NCBI GenBank assembly: GCA_902595845.1
Contig: CACJRN010000008.1
Coordinates: forward strand, 2,153-66,152
Source of the DNA: an uncultured Gammaproteobacteria bacterium
Lineage (GTDB): Bacteria > Pseudomonadota > Gammaproteobacteria > Steroidobacterales > UBA11654
DNA: 64,000 bases
Reading direction: 5' to 3'
In this document: piece by piece, positions 1-8,865 of the stretch
Layout: each line of letters opens with the position of its first letter
How positions within the stretch are numbered: the first letter of the stretch is position 1
Program-made: the position numbers and the translations under genes
The notes under the pieces: model-generated
What the model saw: only the letters and a program-made list of their open reading frames with translations
Databases searched by the model: none
Told to the model about the DNA's origin: nothing

Positions 1-24
1 AGAAACATTTCATTTACTGTTTTT

Positions 25-351
25 ATGATTCTCCTGATTCTTTCATTTTTTATCTTTAATCCTGCTTGGGCTGATGAAAAAGACAATGGCATACAAAATC
101 AATATTGCTGGATCAAAGGCAAAAACTTTCATGATTTTAAAGATGCCATTAAAAAACAGTGCGAAAACGGGGACTTGCTCTGGGCAGTCTCAAGTGGTGA
201 ATCCATCAGTGCTTGGAACATAGAGCAAACAATTGGTCAGTATTGTGACTTTAATTTTGAAATTGTGAGAGGAACACGGGCAGACGGTGGTCATTATCTG
301 CAATGTATACTTCTTGATGAAAAATCCAGAAAAAGGAGAGTAAAGGAATGA
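25..351 (+). CDS. small exported protein, unknown function
   Basis: 108-aa ORF with a hydrophobic signal-like N-terminus (ILLILSFFIFNPAWA/DE) and 4 Cys. Its stop overlaps the next start (ATGA 348-351). No family recognised. Confidence 0.4.
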   Translation: MILLILSFFIFNPAWADEKDNGIQNQYCWIKGKNFHDFKDAIKKQCENGDLLWAVSSGESISAWNIEQTIGQYCDFNFEIVRGTRADGGHYLQCILLDEKSRKRRVKE

Positions 352-797
352 AAAAATTAATCTATGCACTATCGTTGATTATTGGTCTGAATGCCTATTC
401 TTATGAAATATCAGAAGAAACAGCAATCGCAAAACTCGAAGAGTTCTTCTATCTATTGGATGTCGATCGATATGAGAAAGATGATTTTTTCAAAGTGACC
501 ACCGAAGACTTTCAAATCTTTGAAGATGGTCTGGATCTCGACCGAGAAACATTCCATGAATTCATAGAGGAAGCAACAGGCTCAATAGTAGTGACAGATT
601 GGACGCTTTCTGATTTTAAAGTGACACTTGGAACCGATTCTGCTCACATTTCATATTACAACAATGGTGTATTCAAAACTTCTGATGGTGAATCGATTCA
701 CTCCTTCTGGATGGAGAGCGTTTTTTTGGTGGTCGAGGAAGGGGAACTGAAAGTCCAATTCCTTCAATCCGATATTGTTGAGCGTGAAATCAAATGA
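348..797 (+). CDS. exported protein, possibly NTF2/SnoaL-like fold, unknown function
   Basis: 149 aa with signal-like N-terminus MKKLIYALSLIIGLNAYS. ATGA overlaps at both ends. The fold guess rests only on size and sequence pattern. Confidence 0.4.
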   Translation: MKKLIYALSLIIGLNAYSYEISEETAIAKLEEFFYLLDVDRYEKDDFFKVTTEDFQIFEDGLDLDRETFHEFIEEATGSIVVTDWTLSDFKVTLGTDSAHISYYNNGVFKTSDGESIHSFWMESVFLVVEEGELKVQFLQSDIVEREIK

Positions 798-1024
798 TGA
801 AGAAACTACTGCTTCTCTCTGGCTGTGTAATCCTTATTGGTTGTGGAACTGCTATTAATGAAATAAATTTAAAAGAAAGAGACTTGCCTTCCTACTGCGT
901 GGACTTTGTGAGAGATGATAACTTTCTAAAGCATCAATCAAAGGTTCTTTCAGATAGTCGATATAGATCGGGTCAATACAAACAATGTACAGATTTAGTA
1001 ATGGAGAGAATAAAGAAAGATTGA
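794..1024 (+). CDS. small putative lipoprotein
   Basis: 76 aa. MMKKLLLLSGCVILIGCG contains a lipobox-like L-I-G-C. ATGA-coupled to the upstream ORF. Confidence 0.4.
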   Translation: MMKKLLLLSGCVILIGCGTAINEINLKERDLPSYCVDFVRDDNFLKHQSKVLSDSRYRSGQYKQCTDLVMERIKKD

Positions 1025-1026
1025 TT

Positions 1027-1080
1027 ATGAAAAAAATCATCCTCATATCAGCACTGTTGTTCAGCTTTAATGGTTGGGCA
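1027..1080 (+). repeat. signal-peptide cassette, copy 1 of 3
   Basis: atgaaaaaaatcatcctcatatcagcactgttgttcagctttaatggttgggca. About 48-49 of 54 nt identical to the copies at 1362 and 43226 (hand alignment). Confidence 0.8.
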
Positions 1081-1365
1081 CAGGATCTTCCTCCGGATGG
1101 AAAGTTCACCGTCAACCATAAAAATGGCGAGGTCTACCTCACTGGTGAGGTAAAAAATAGAAAAAAACATGGTACTTGGGAGTTTTATTATGAAACTGGA
1201 CAGCTTCAAGCAAGAGAAAAGTATAACGAGGGAAAACCCATTGGAGTATGGAAAACATTTTCTGCAAAAGGAAGGCTCATAGAAGAAAAGGATTTCTCAA
1301 ATATGAATCGAGGAAGACTGAATAGCCGAGGAAATCCATATGGTGCCAGTCAGGGCATAAAATGA
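1027..1365 (+). CDS. exported MORN-repeat (YwqK-like) protein
   Basis: ORF-track start 985 trimmed to ATG 1027, giving signal peptide MKKIILISALLFSFNGWA. MORN-type repeats are present (HGTWEFYYETGQL, PIGVWKTFSAKGRL). Confidence 0.5.
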   Translation: MKKIILISALLFSFNGWAQDLPPDGKFTVNHKNGEVYLTGEVKNRKKHGTWEFYYETGQLQAREKYNEGKPIGVWKTFSAKGRLIEEKDFSNMNRGRLNSRGNPYGASQGIK

Positions 1366-1415
1366 AAAAACTCATCCTCATATCAGCAATATTTTTCAGC
1401 TTTAATGGTTGGTCT
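1362..1415 (+). repeat. signal-peptide cassette, copy 2 of 3
   Basis: atgaaaaaactcatcctcatatcagcaatatttttcagctttaatggttggtct. Same module on an unrelated mature protein. Confidence 0.8.
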
Positions 1416-1826
1416 GTTACCGACTATAAACCTTATGATGAGACTGCTATAGCTGGTGAAGAAATTACTGAGGCATTAAAAAAAGCACAATCAAAGAACA
1501 GGTATGTTCTTCTTCAAATGGGTGGTAACTGGTGTCCTGATTGCAGGACATTGGGAGAATACTTTTCAAGGCCTGATATTAAAAAATGGTTGGATGAGAG
1601 AGTGATCTTGGTCTCAGTTGATGTTGGTGAGTGGGATAGAAATCTCGATATTGTAGAAGAATATGAAAATCCGATCAGTGAAGGCATCCCTGCTCTGGTA
1701 TTGCTTAATTCAAATAACGAGGTCATGTTTGCCACTCTTGCCGGTGAGCTTGCGAGTGCGAGAAGCATGAGCAAAAATGACCTAATTGACTGGCTAAATA
1801 AAAAAATTGAGCCCTTGATTGATTAG
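1362..1826 (+). CDS. exported thioredoxin-fold protein
   Basis: 154 aa with a signal peptide and the redox motif W-C-P-D-C (GGNWCPDCRTL). ATGA overlap with the upstream ORF. Confidence 0.65.
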   Translation: MKKLILISAIFFSFNGWSVTDYKPYDETAIAGEEITEALKKAQSKNRYVLLQMGGNWCPDCRTLGEYFSRPDIKKWLDERVILVSVDVGEWDRNLDIVEEYENPISEGIPALVLLNSNNEVMFATLAGELASARSMSKNDLIDWLNKKIEPLID

Positions 1827-1830
1827 GATC

Positions 1831-3996
1831 ATGTCCCGATTCTTTTCGACGATCCTTCTTCTCATTCCTTCAATATCTTTTTCGAATGGAGCAGAGTTAT
1901 TCAGCATCCACTGTAGTGGATGTCATGCATCAATTGAGATCCAATCAAACTGGTCTGAGCTATCCGAAGATGATTTTCTCAGCATAACATCCGAAACCAT
2001 GCCGCCCGATGCTGCAGGCTCACTTGAGGAAGATGAGTATTTAGCCATCAAAGATTACATCTTTGATCTTAAATATTCAGGATCTATCCAAAAGATAGAA
2101 AAATATCCCACAACTCAGTCATTCAAAGTCCCAAATAAAGAAAGTCGGCCTGAAATACCTTGGCAACATTTTGGTGGAAAAATAAATGCACAAAGGTACT
2201 CGCCCATTGATCTGATAGACAATGAAAATGTAAAAGATTTAGAAATTGCATGGCGATGGAAATCAAAGGAATTTGGTAATTTTCAAGAAATAAGAAATGT
2301 ATCGATGCCAATAATGAGAAATGGATTGGTTTTCATAGGAGTGGGATCGACCAGGAGCATCGCTGCAATTGATGCAGAGAATGGAGAGACAGTATGGATC
2401 TGGAATCCAAATGAGGGGGATCGCTTCTCAAGTGCTGCTAGAAAAGATTCAGGCAAAGGTGTTGCATATTTTGAAGATGGGAATGGAAAGAAAAGAGTCA
2501 TCGCCATCACTCCAGGTTATCAATTGGTCAGCCTGGATGCCGATACTGGCATTGCTGACAAAAACTTTGGTGTGAATGGAATTGTGGATCTAACCATAGG
2601 CATGAGAACCTCCGACACTCAAGAATTAGATGTTGGATCAACATCGCCTCCACTGGTTATTAATGATGTCATTGTTGTGGGATCGGCTCATAAAGCAAGT
2701 TTTGCGCCCATATCCAAGGCAAATGTCAAAGGAGATGTTAGAGGATATGACGTTCACAATGGAAACTTACTCTGGACCTTTAAAACCATACCCAGCAAAG
2801 GTGAATATGGATATGATACTTGGTTGAATGGATCAGCTGATTACACCGGAAACGCGAGTGTCTGGGCACCGATGTCTGCTGATGAGGATCTTGGTCTAGT
2901 CTATCTGCCAATTGAGTCAGCAACAGGGGATCGTTATGGAGGAGATCGTCCAGGTGATAATCTTTTTTCAAGCTCACTTGTTGCGGTGAATGTAAAAACT
3001 GGGAAATTGCAATGGCATTTTCAAATTGTTCATCATGATATCTGGGATTACGATAATTCATCTGCACCAATAGTGGCCGATCTCAATGAAAAGAAAGTTG
3101 TCATTCAATTAACGAAACAATCTTATGCTTTTGTCTTTGATAGAGAAACAGGTGAGCCTTATTGGCCAATTTATGAAGTTGAGGTTCCAAAATCTGATGT
3201 TCCAGGAGAGTGGACATCTCCCACTCAACCGATTCCGAGCCTGCCCGAGGCATATGATCGAAGTGGTGTAAGCAGGGATGATCTCATTGATTACACTCCA
3301 GAGATCAGTGAAGCAGTAGACAATCTCATTAAAGACTTCAGATTGGGTCCATTATATACACCGCCATCATTGGCAGATTCTACAGATGGAACAAAAGGCA
3401 CACTCTCACTGCCATTTCCAACAGGCGGTTCAAACTGGGAAGGAGGCGCTTATGACCCTGAAACAAAATTTTTGTATGTCCCCTCTCAAACCAAGCTCGC
3501 ACTGCTTTCATTAAAAGACGGCGGCGGCGCCACTGATATTAGCTACATTGCTTCTCCCTCACCTAAGCTTGAGGTCTTTGGCATACCCCTTGCAAAACCA
3601 CCTTGGGGTCGTATTACCGCAATTGACATGAACACAGGCAAGATAGAATGGAATATAGCCAATGGTGATACGCCTGAGTCGATCGTTGATAATCCATATC
3701 TTGAAGGAATAACAATACCAAGAACTGGCAAAGCAACTCGGGCAGGTATACTTCTCACTAAAACTTTGCTCTTCGCAGGTGAAGGATTTGGTGGGGCTCC
3801 TGTTTTTAGAGCTCATGACAAATCAACTGGGCAAATCATCACCGAGATTGTTTTACCTGGCTCTCAATCAAGCCCTCCGAGTACCTATATGATTAACAAT
3901 AGACAATTTATTATAATGACAACATCTGATGGTAAGTCTCCGGCAGAACTGATTGCCCTTTCTTTGCCAGAGCTAAGTAACAATGGATCACATTAA
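1831..3996 (+). CDS. PQQ-dependent dehydrogenase (glucose/quinate/shikimate-type propeller) with N-terminal cytochrome c domain
   Basis: Start trimmed from TTG 1819 to ATG 1831 (MSRFFSTILLLIPSISFS signal). Haem motif C-S-G-C-H plus a distal Met (ETMPP). Propeller hallmarks are present (AWRWKS, HHDIWDYD, repeated W-motifs). Confidence 0.75.
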   Translation: MSRFFSTILLLIPSISFSNGAELFSIHCSGCHASIEIQSNWSELSEDDFLSITSETMPPDAAGSLEEDEYLAIKDYIFDLKYSGSIQKIEKYPTTQSFKVPNKESRPEIPWQHFGGKINAQRYSPIDLIDNENVKDLEIAWRWKSKEFGNFQEIRNVSMPIMRNGLVFIGVGSTRSIAAIDAENGETVWIWNPNEGDRFSSAARKDSGKGVAYFEDGNGKKRVIAITPGYQLVSLDADTGIADKNFGVNGIVDLTIGMRTSDTQELDVGSTSPPLVINDVIVVGSAHKASFAPISKANVKGDVRGYDVHNGNLLWTFKTIPSKGEYGYDTWLNGSADYTGNASVWAPMSADEDLGLVYLPIESATGDRYGGDRPGDNLFSSSLVAVNVKTGKLQWHFQIVHHDIWDYDNSSAPIVADLNEKKVVIQLTKQSYAFVFDRETGEPYWPIYEVEVPKSDVPGEWTSPTQPIPSLPEAYDRSGVSRDDLIDYTPEISEAVDNLIKDFRLGPLYTPPSLADSTDGTKGTLSLPFPTGGSNWEGGAYDPETKFLYVPSQTKLALLSLKDGGGATDISYIASPSPKLEVFGIPLAKPPWGRITAIDMNTGKIEWNIANGDTPESIVDNPYLEGITIPRTGKATRAGILLTKTLLFAGEGFGGAPVFRAHDKSTGQIITEIVLPGSQSSPPSTYMINNRQFIIMTTSDGKSPAELIALSLPELSNNGSH

Positions 3997-4774
3997 AAAT
4001 AAAATTATAGTTATATCTGCAGGAGCCTCAGGCATTGGTGGTGAGATTGCTAAATCACTATCAGAAAACGGTGCATCGGTCATTGTGGGGGACAAAGATG
4101 AAGTTGCATTAAAGAGACTTGAAAATGATCATCCTGAAATTAGAACAAACCAAGTGGATGTTTCAAATGAATCAGAAGTGCTGGGATTTTTTGAGGACAT
4201 AACATCTCATTTTGGAAAAATTGATGTACTCATAAATAACGCTGGTGTCGCTGGTCCTTCAGCAATGCTTGGCGATACATCTCTTGAGGATTGGGAAAAA
4301 ACCATAAAAGTTAATTTGAACGGCACATTCTTGTGCTCTAAGTCTGCAATTCCACTGCTAAAAAAATCTGGAGGCGGATCAATCATCAATATGGGTTCTA
4401 CTTCATCTTTTATGGGCACACCACTCCGTTCAGCCTACACGGCATCTAAATGGGGGCTGATCGGTCTTACCAAGACATGGGCGATGGAGTATGGTGAGGA
4501 TAATATTCGAGTAAATACAATCTGTCCCACCTCAGTCAGTGGTGAAAGAATCGAAGGCGTGATTCAAAGAGATGCTGAGTATAGAGACACAAAACCAGAA
4601 AAAATAAGAGAAGCCTATCTAAATCAGACTTCTTTAAAAACTTTTGTTGATTCAGAAGAAATCGTGGGAATGGTAGTATATCTTTTGTCGCCTTTAGCAA
4701 AGAAAATTACTGGCCAAATGATGGTAATCGATGGCAACACAGAAACGCTTGCGATGCCAAAATTTGACGAGTGA
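3983..4774 (+). CDS. SDR-family oxidoreductase
   Basis: 263 aa with cofactor motif SAGASGIGGEIA, NNAG, and catalytic S...YTASK. 14-nt overlap with the PQQ dehydrogenase gene. Confidence 0.8.
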   Translation: MDHIKNKIIVISAGASGIGGEIAKSLSENGASVIVGDKDEVALKRLENDHPEIRTNQVDVSNESEVLGFFEDITSHFGKIDVLINNAGVAGPSAMLGDTSLEDWEKTIKVNLNGTFLCSKSAIPLLKKSGGGSIINMGSTSSFMGTPLRSAYTASKWGLIGLTKTWAMEYGEDNIRVNTICPTSVSGERIEGVIQRDAEYRDTKPEKIREAYLNQTSLKTFVDSEEIVGMVVYLLSPLAKKITGQMMVIDGNTETLAMPKFDE

Positions 4775-4777
4775 TCG

Positions 4778-4909
4778 ATGATCAAATTTGGAGCAATAAT
4801 TCTTTCGATATTGCTGATATATTTCTCGCTTCCTGATAACTCACTCCTGCACTATGCTTCGCTCTTTTCTGGAATCGGGTTATTTATTTATGCAGTAAAG
4901 TTTTTATGA
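4778..4909 (+). CDS. unannotated 43-aa two-helix membrane peptide (candidate)
   Basis: Hand translation gives MIKFGAIILSILLIYFSLPDNSLLHYASLFSGIGLFIYAVKFL*. It fills an otherwise empty 131-nt gap, and its stop overlaps the next start (ATGA 4906-4909). Confidence 0.3.
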   Translation: MIKFGAIILSILLIYFSLPDNSLLHYASLFSGIGLFIYAVKFL

Positions 4910-5280
4910 AGAGAGTCAAAATACTGTCGGTATTTGTAATGCTTGTATCGACACAGTCATATGCTTTCCCTGAAGCACTGGATAAAGCTATCTACTATTC
5001 GTTTGAAGTACCAATACATCTTGAGAAAAAGATCAATGATGAATGTTTTGGAATAGAAGATGACGATCAAAGCATGATGTTGATCACAGATTGTGGTGGA
5101 TACTTAAATGTGATTTTAGCCACACTGACGTTGGGATTTATAAAATCATCGAAAAAAACAAAGAATCGTTACAAAAATGCGGCACAAATATACTTGGATG
5201 ACAAAGTCCTCGAATGTACTATCATCAATGTAAAAGATTTGGGAGGAAGGATTTTCGAATTGGAGTATAACTGCCGCTAG
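4906..5280 (+). CDS. exported protein, unknown function
   Basis: 124 aa with signal peptide MKRVKILSVFVMLVSTQSYA/FP and 4 Cys. No family recognised. Confidence 0.4.
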   Translation: MKRVKILSVFVMLVSTQSYAFPEALDKAIYYSFEVPIHLEKKINDECFGIEDDDQSMMLITDCGGYLNVILATLTLGFIKSSKKTKNRYKNAAQIYLDDKVLECTIINVKDLGGRIFELEYNCR

Positions 5281-5316
5281 TCTGAAAAGCGGCCAATATC
5301 CTTAGAGGAACATAAA

Positions 5317-6297
5317 ATGAAAGCAGCTTGGTATGAAAAAATTGGTGCAGCTAATGAAGTACTTCAAATAGGAGAACTAGAGGATCCAATCCCTCAAGCA
5401 GGTGAAGTACTTGTCGAGATCAAAGCATCTGGCGTGAATCCATCGGATGTCAAAACCAGAGCAGGGGCAAGAGGTGAGCTTCAATTCCCAAAAATTATTC
5501 CTCATTCGGATGGTGGTGGAGTAATCACAGCCGTAGGTGAAGGTGTAGATCAAGATAGGATTGGAGAGAGTGTTTGGCTTTGGAATGCAGCATTTGGAAG
5601 AGCGGATGGTACATGTGCTGAGATGATTGCCCTACCCTCTGAGCAAGCAGTAAACCTGCCTGATGAAACCAGCTTTGAAGCAGCGGCCTGTCTTGGTATT
5701 CCAGCATCAACCGCCTTTTACGGAATGCTCTGTGACGGCTCAGTTGAGGGTCAGACTGTTTTGGTTACCGGTGGTGCAGGTGCTGTTGGATACTATGGGA
5801 TCCAGCTTGCTAAATGGTCTGGAGCTAATGTCATTGCAACTGTAAGCGGAGATGAAAAAGCAGCCATTGCAAATGGTGCCGGTGCCGACCTAATTATTAA
5901 TTACCGTGATGATGATGTTGCGACTGCTGTAAAAGATTTTACAAACGGGCATGGTGTCGATCGCATTCTTGAAGTTGAGTTCGGTGGAAATCTCTCTGTC
6001 AGTAAAGAAGTGATCAAACCCAATGGAACTATTGCAGCATATGGATCCGTTGCAGTCATGGAGCCCTCTTTGCCTTTTTATGATTTGATGTTTAAAGGGG
6101 TTAAATTGAATACCTATCTGATCTACATTGTTTCAGAGAGCGACAGAAATTCGATTATCAATGGGCTCAATCGTGCCATGGATGATGGAGCACTTAAGCA
6201 TCTCGTTACACAGACATATGCATTGGATGAAATCATAGATGCCCATGAATCCATGGAGAGCAATCAGGTGATTGGAAATATTGTTGTTCAGATCTAA
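5317..6297 (+). CDS. NADPH:quinone oxidoreductase-like medium-chain dehydrogenase/reductase
   Basis: 326 aa. GroES-like N-terminal domain (GEVLVEIKASGVNPSD) and Rossmann motif VLVTGGAGAVG. Lacks a full structural-Zn Cys cluster, so zeta-crystallin type. Confidence 0.8.
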   Translation: MKAAWYEKIGAANEVLQIGELEDPIPQAGEVLVEIKASGVNPSDVKTRAGARGELQFPKIIPHSDGGGVITAVGEGVDQDRIGESVWLWNAAFGRADGTCAEMIALPSEQAVNLPDETSFEAAACLGIPASTAFYGMLCDGSVEGQTVLVTGGAGAVGYYGIQLAKWSGANVIATVSGDEKAAIANGAGADLIINYRDDDVATAVKDFTNGHGVDRILEVEFGGNLSVSKEVIKPNGTIAAYGSVAVMEPSLPFYDLMFKGVKLNTYLIYIVSESDRNSIINGLNRAMDDGALKHLVTQTYALDEIIDAHESMESNQVIGNIVVQI

Positions 6298-6299
6298 AC

Positions 6300-7841
6300 A
6301 TGTCACGATTTTTTATAATTATCCTCCTTCTTATCGCTCTGCCACTTCAATCGGATGAGGTTGATATAACCGTAAATGCAAACGATGCAGAGGTGTTGGC
6401 TCATTTTGATGATGAGAGTGAATTATTTATATTCAGAGGTGTTCCATACGCCAAACCACCTGTGGGGAACCTTCGTTGGAAATCACCGGTTCCAGTTGAA
6501 AGAAAAACTCAGATTGATGCACGCTCATTCAAACCCGGATGCATGCAGGACACCTATATCACTGATTGGTATCACGATGTCATTGATTCTTTTGGCCAAG
6601 ACAAATCTTTGTTTCAACATACAGAGAATGTCAGTGAAGACTGTCTCTATCTAAATATTTGGACATCATCTGTAAATAAAAATGAAAAAAAACCTGTGAT
6701 GGTATGGGTACATGGTGGAGCAGACACAGGCGGGTGGTCATACGAGCCTGATTATCTCGGTCATCATTTGGCAAAAAAAGATGTTGTTGTGGTCTCCATT
6801 GGCTATCGATTGAATGTCTTTGGCTTCTTTAAACATCCAGAGATGACTGAAGAGACTGGTAACTTTGGATTGGAAGATGAAATACTCGCACTGAAATGGA
6901 TCAAAGAGAATATTGCAGATTTTGGTGGTGATCCATCAAATGTCACATACTTTGGTGAATCTGCTGGAGGCGCTCATGTCTCTTATCTTGCCACATCACC
7001 TGAGGCGAAAGGCCTATTTAAAAGAGGCATCATCCAGAGTGGTGGATATAATCTGTTCAATTGGCGTAGCATTGATGAAGCACATGAGCTCGCAATTCGA
7101 ACGCAAAGTATATCAGGTACAATTGATCTCAATGACCTCAAAAGCCTAGATGAGAATGCCCTTCTTCAAGCATCAAGAAATCTTTACCATCCTTATAGAC
7201 CAATCATTGATGGAAAAATAATCACTGATAATCTTGCCAAAAAATATATCGAAGGAAGTATCAATGATGTTGATCTAATGATTGGCAGCAATAAGAATGA
7301 GGATCTTCTATATGTCGAAGAAAATCCAACTTTAGATAGTTTCACAAAGAGAATAGCTGACTACTATCCAGAGCAAGTAGATGAAATTCTTGGGCTACTG
7401 GATACAACAGATCTTCGTCTAGCGATGGATCACTTCGGCTCAAATCAGCAAACAACATGTCCCTCAGTCCTGATTGCCAGATCCATGGCAAAAACAGGCA
7501 ATCACGTGTATCAATACTTCTTCACTCGAGAAAGAGAGGGAAGTGAGAAAATACTCGCCTATCATGGGGCAGAAATACCCTATGTTTTCAATACGCATGA
7601 TGCTTATCTCCCCACCAATGAAGATGATCTAAAGTTGACTGATCAAATGATGGAATATTGGACGCAGTTTGCAAAGAAAGGTACGCCAAATTCGATTGAG
7701 AATCCCATTACTTGGTATGAGTTTGGTGAAAATGAAAACTACCTTATTCTAGATACTGAAATCGAAAATGGTCAACGACTTGAAAGTGCGTTTTGCAATA
7801 TCATGATTGAAGAATTGGCCCAAAGATCTCAATCTGAATAA
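6300..7841 (+). CDS. exported carboxylesterase, type B family
   Basis: 513 aa with a signal peptide, oxyanion-hole motif VWVHGGA, nucleophile elbow G-E-S-A-G-G, and EDCLYLNIW. Confidence 0.85.
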   Translation: MSRFFIIILLLIALPLQSDEVDITVNANDAEVLAHFDDESELFIFRGVPYAKPPVGNLRWKSPVPVERKTQIDARSFKPGCMQDTYITDWYHDVIDSFGQDKSLFQHTENVSEDCLYLNIWTSSVNKNEKKPVMVWVHGGADTGGWSYEPDYLGHHLAKKDVVVVSIGYRLNVFGFFKHPEMTEETGNFGLEDEILALKWIKENIADFGGDPSNVTYFGESAGGAHVSYLATSPEAKGLFKRGIIQSGGYNLFNWRSIDEAHELAIRTQSISGTIDLNDLKSLDENALLQASRNLYHPYRPIIDGKIITDNLAKKYIEGSINDVDLMIGSNKNEDLLYVEENPTLDSFTKRIADYYPEQVDEILGLLDTTDLRLAMDHFGSNQQTTCPSVLIARSMAKTGNHVYQYFFTREREGSEKILAYHGAEIPYVFNTHDAYLPTNEDDLKLTDQMMEYWTQFAKKGTPNSIENPITWYEFGENENYLILDTEIENGQRLESAFCNIMIEELAQRSQSE

Positions 7842-7853
7842 AGCCAAACACTC

Positions 7854-8354
7854 ATGTTGAGAATATTTACCGAGGGAGATTATAACGAGAGTTATGTCTC
7901 TGATATCTACTCAATAAATCAAGATAATGTGCCTGAGGTTGGCTCATTGGATTCATTGGATCAACAAAGAAAGCTCTTATCCATTAGCTCCTATCACTCG
8001 ATCCTATTGAAAGATGGTGAATTAATTGGGTTTGCTATTTGTTTTAGGGAATCTCGCCCATATTGGTCAGAAAATTATAAGTATTTTGAAAACAAACTGG
8101 ATCAATTCTTATATGTGGATCGTATTGCGATTCGAAGTGAATATCGGAGACAAGGTCATGCAAGAAGAATGTATGAAGATATATTCATTTTTGCGAGCGA
8201 AGATGATCTGCTTGTAACTGCTGAAGTAAATACGAAACCACCAAATCAAGGCTCAATAGAATTTCATGAATACATGGGATTCAAAGAAGTTGGTCAGAGA
8301 TCATTTGATGACCATGATGTGGCATATTTTGAAGCAAATCCAAGCAAGAAATAA
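7854..8354 (+). CDS. GNAT-family N-acetyltransferase
   Basis: 166 aa. Acetyl-CoA motif A is IRSEYRRQGHARRMYE. C-terminal FHEYMGFKEVG. Confidence 0.7.
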   Translation: MLRIFTEGDYNESYVSDIYSINQDNVPEVGSLDSLDQQRKLLSISSYHSILLKDGELIGFAICFRESRPYWSENYKYFENKLDQFLYVDRIAIRSEYRRQGHARRMYEDIFIFASEDDLLVTAEVNTKPPNQGSIEFHEYMGFKEVGQRSFDDHDVAYFEANPSKK

Positions 8355-8416
8355 AAACGTATTTAATCCCAGGATTCATGTAGAATTCTCTCGAAATTAT
8401 AAATCCCAGAAGCCAA

Positions 8417-8848
8417 TTGAACGATTTAGATAAAGACATACATACTGCAAGGGAGACAAACAACCCTGTAGCTAAAATACTTTGGATTATCTTGGGATCA
8501 TTCTTTGTAGTCGTTGGCGCAATTGGTGCCGTGGTTCCTGGCCTTCCCACAACACTTTTCCTAATACTGGCAGCTGCTTGTTACATTAGGTCTTCACAGA
8601 AACTTTATGATTGGCTGATTACCAATAAAACTTTTGGCCCTTATTTAAAAGATTACAGAGAAGGAAGGGGTATGCCAAGAAATGCGAAGATACTTGCAGT
8701 CAGTATGATTATTCTATTCGCTGGCTATGCAGTAATTTTTGCAATTGATGAACTAATCATCAGAATTATTGTTGCGGTATCTGGATTAATTGGAATCTTT
8801 TATGTCACTTTTAAAGTTCCAGTAACAGAAGATTTCGATAAAGATTAA
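8417..8848 (+). CDS. YbaN/DUF454-family inner-membrane protein
   Basis: 143 aa with the family signature GAIGAVVPGLPTTLFLILAAACYIRSSQKLYDWL. TTG start, so the start is uncertain. Confidence 0.65.
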   Translation: MNDLDKDIHTARETNNPVAKILWIILGSFFVVVGAIGAVVPGLPTTLFLILAAACYIRSSQKLYDWLITNKTFGPYLKDYREGRGMPRNAKILAVSMIILFAGYAVIFAIDELIIRIIVAVSGLIGIFYVTFKVPVTEDFDKD

Positions 8849-8865
8849 TCTATCCCTTTTAGAGC

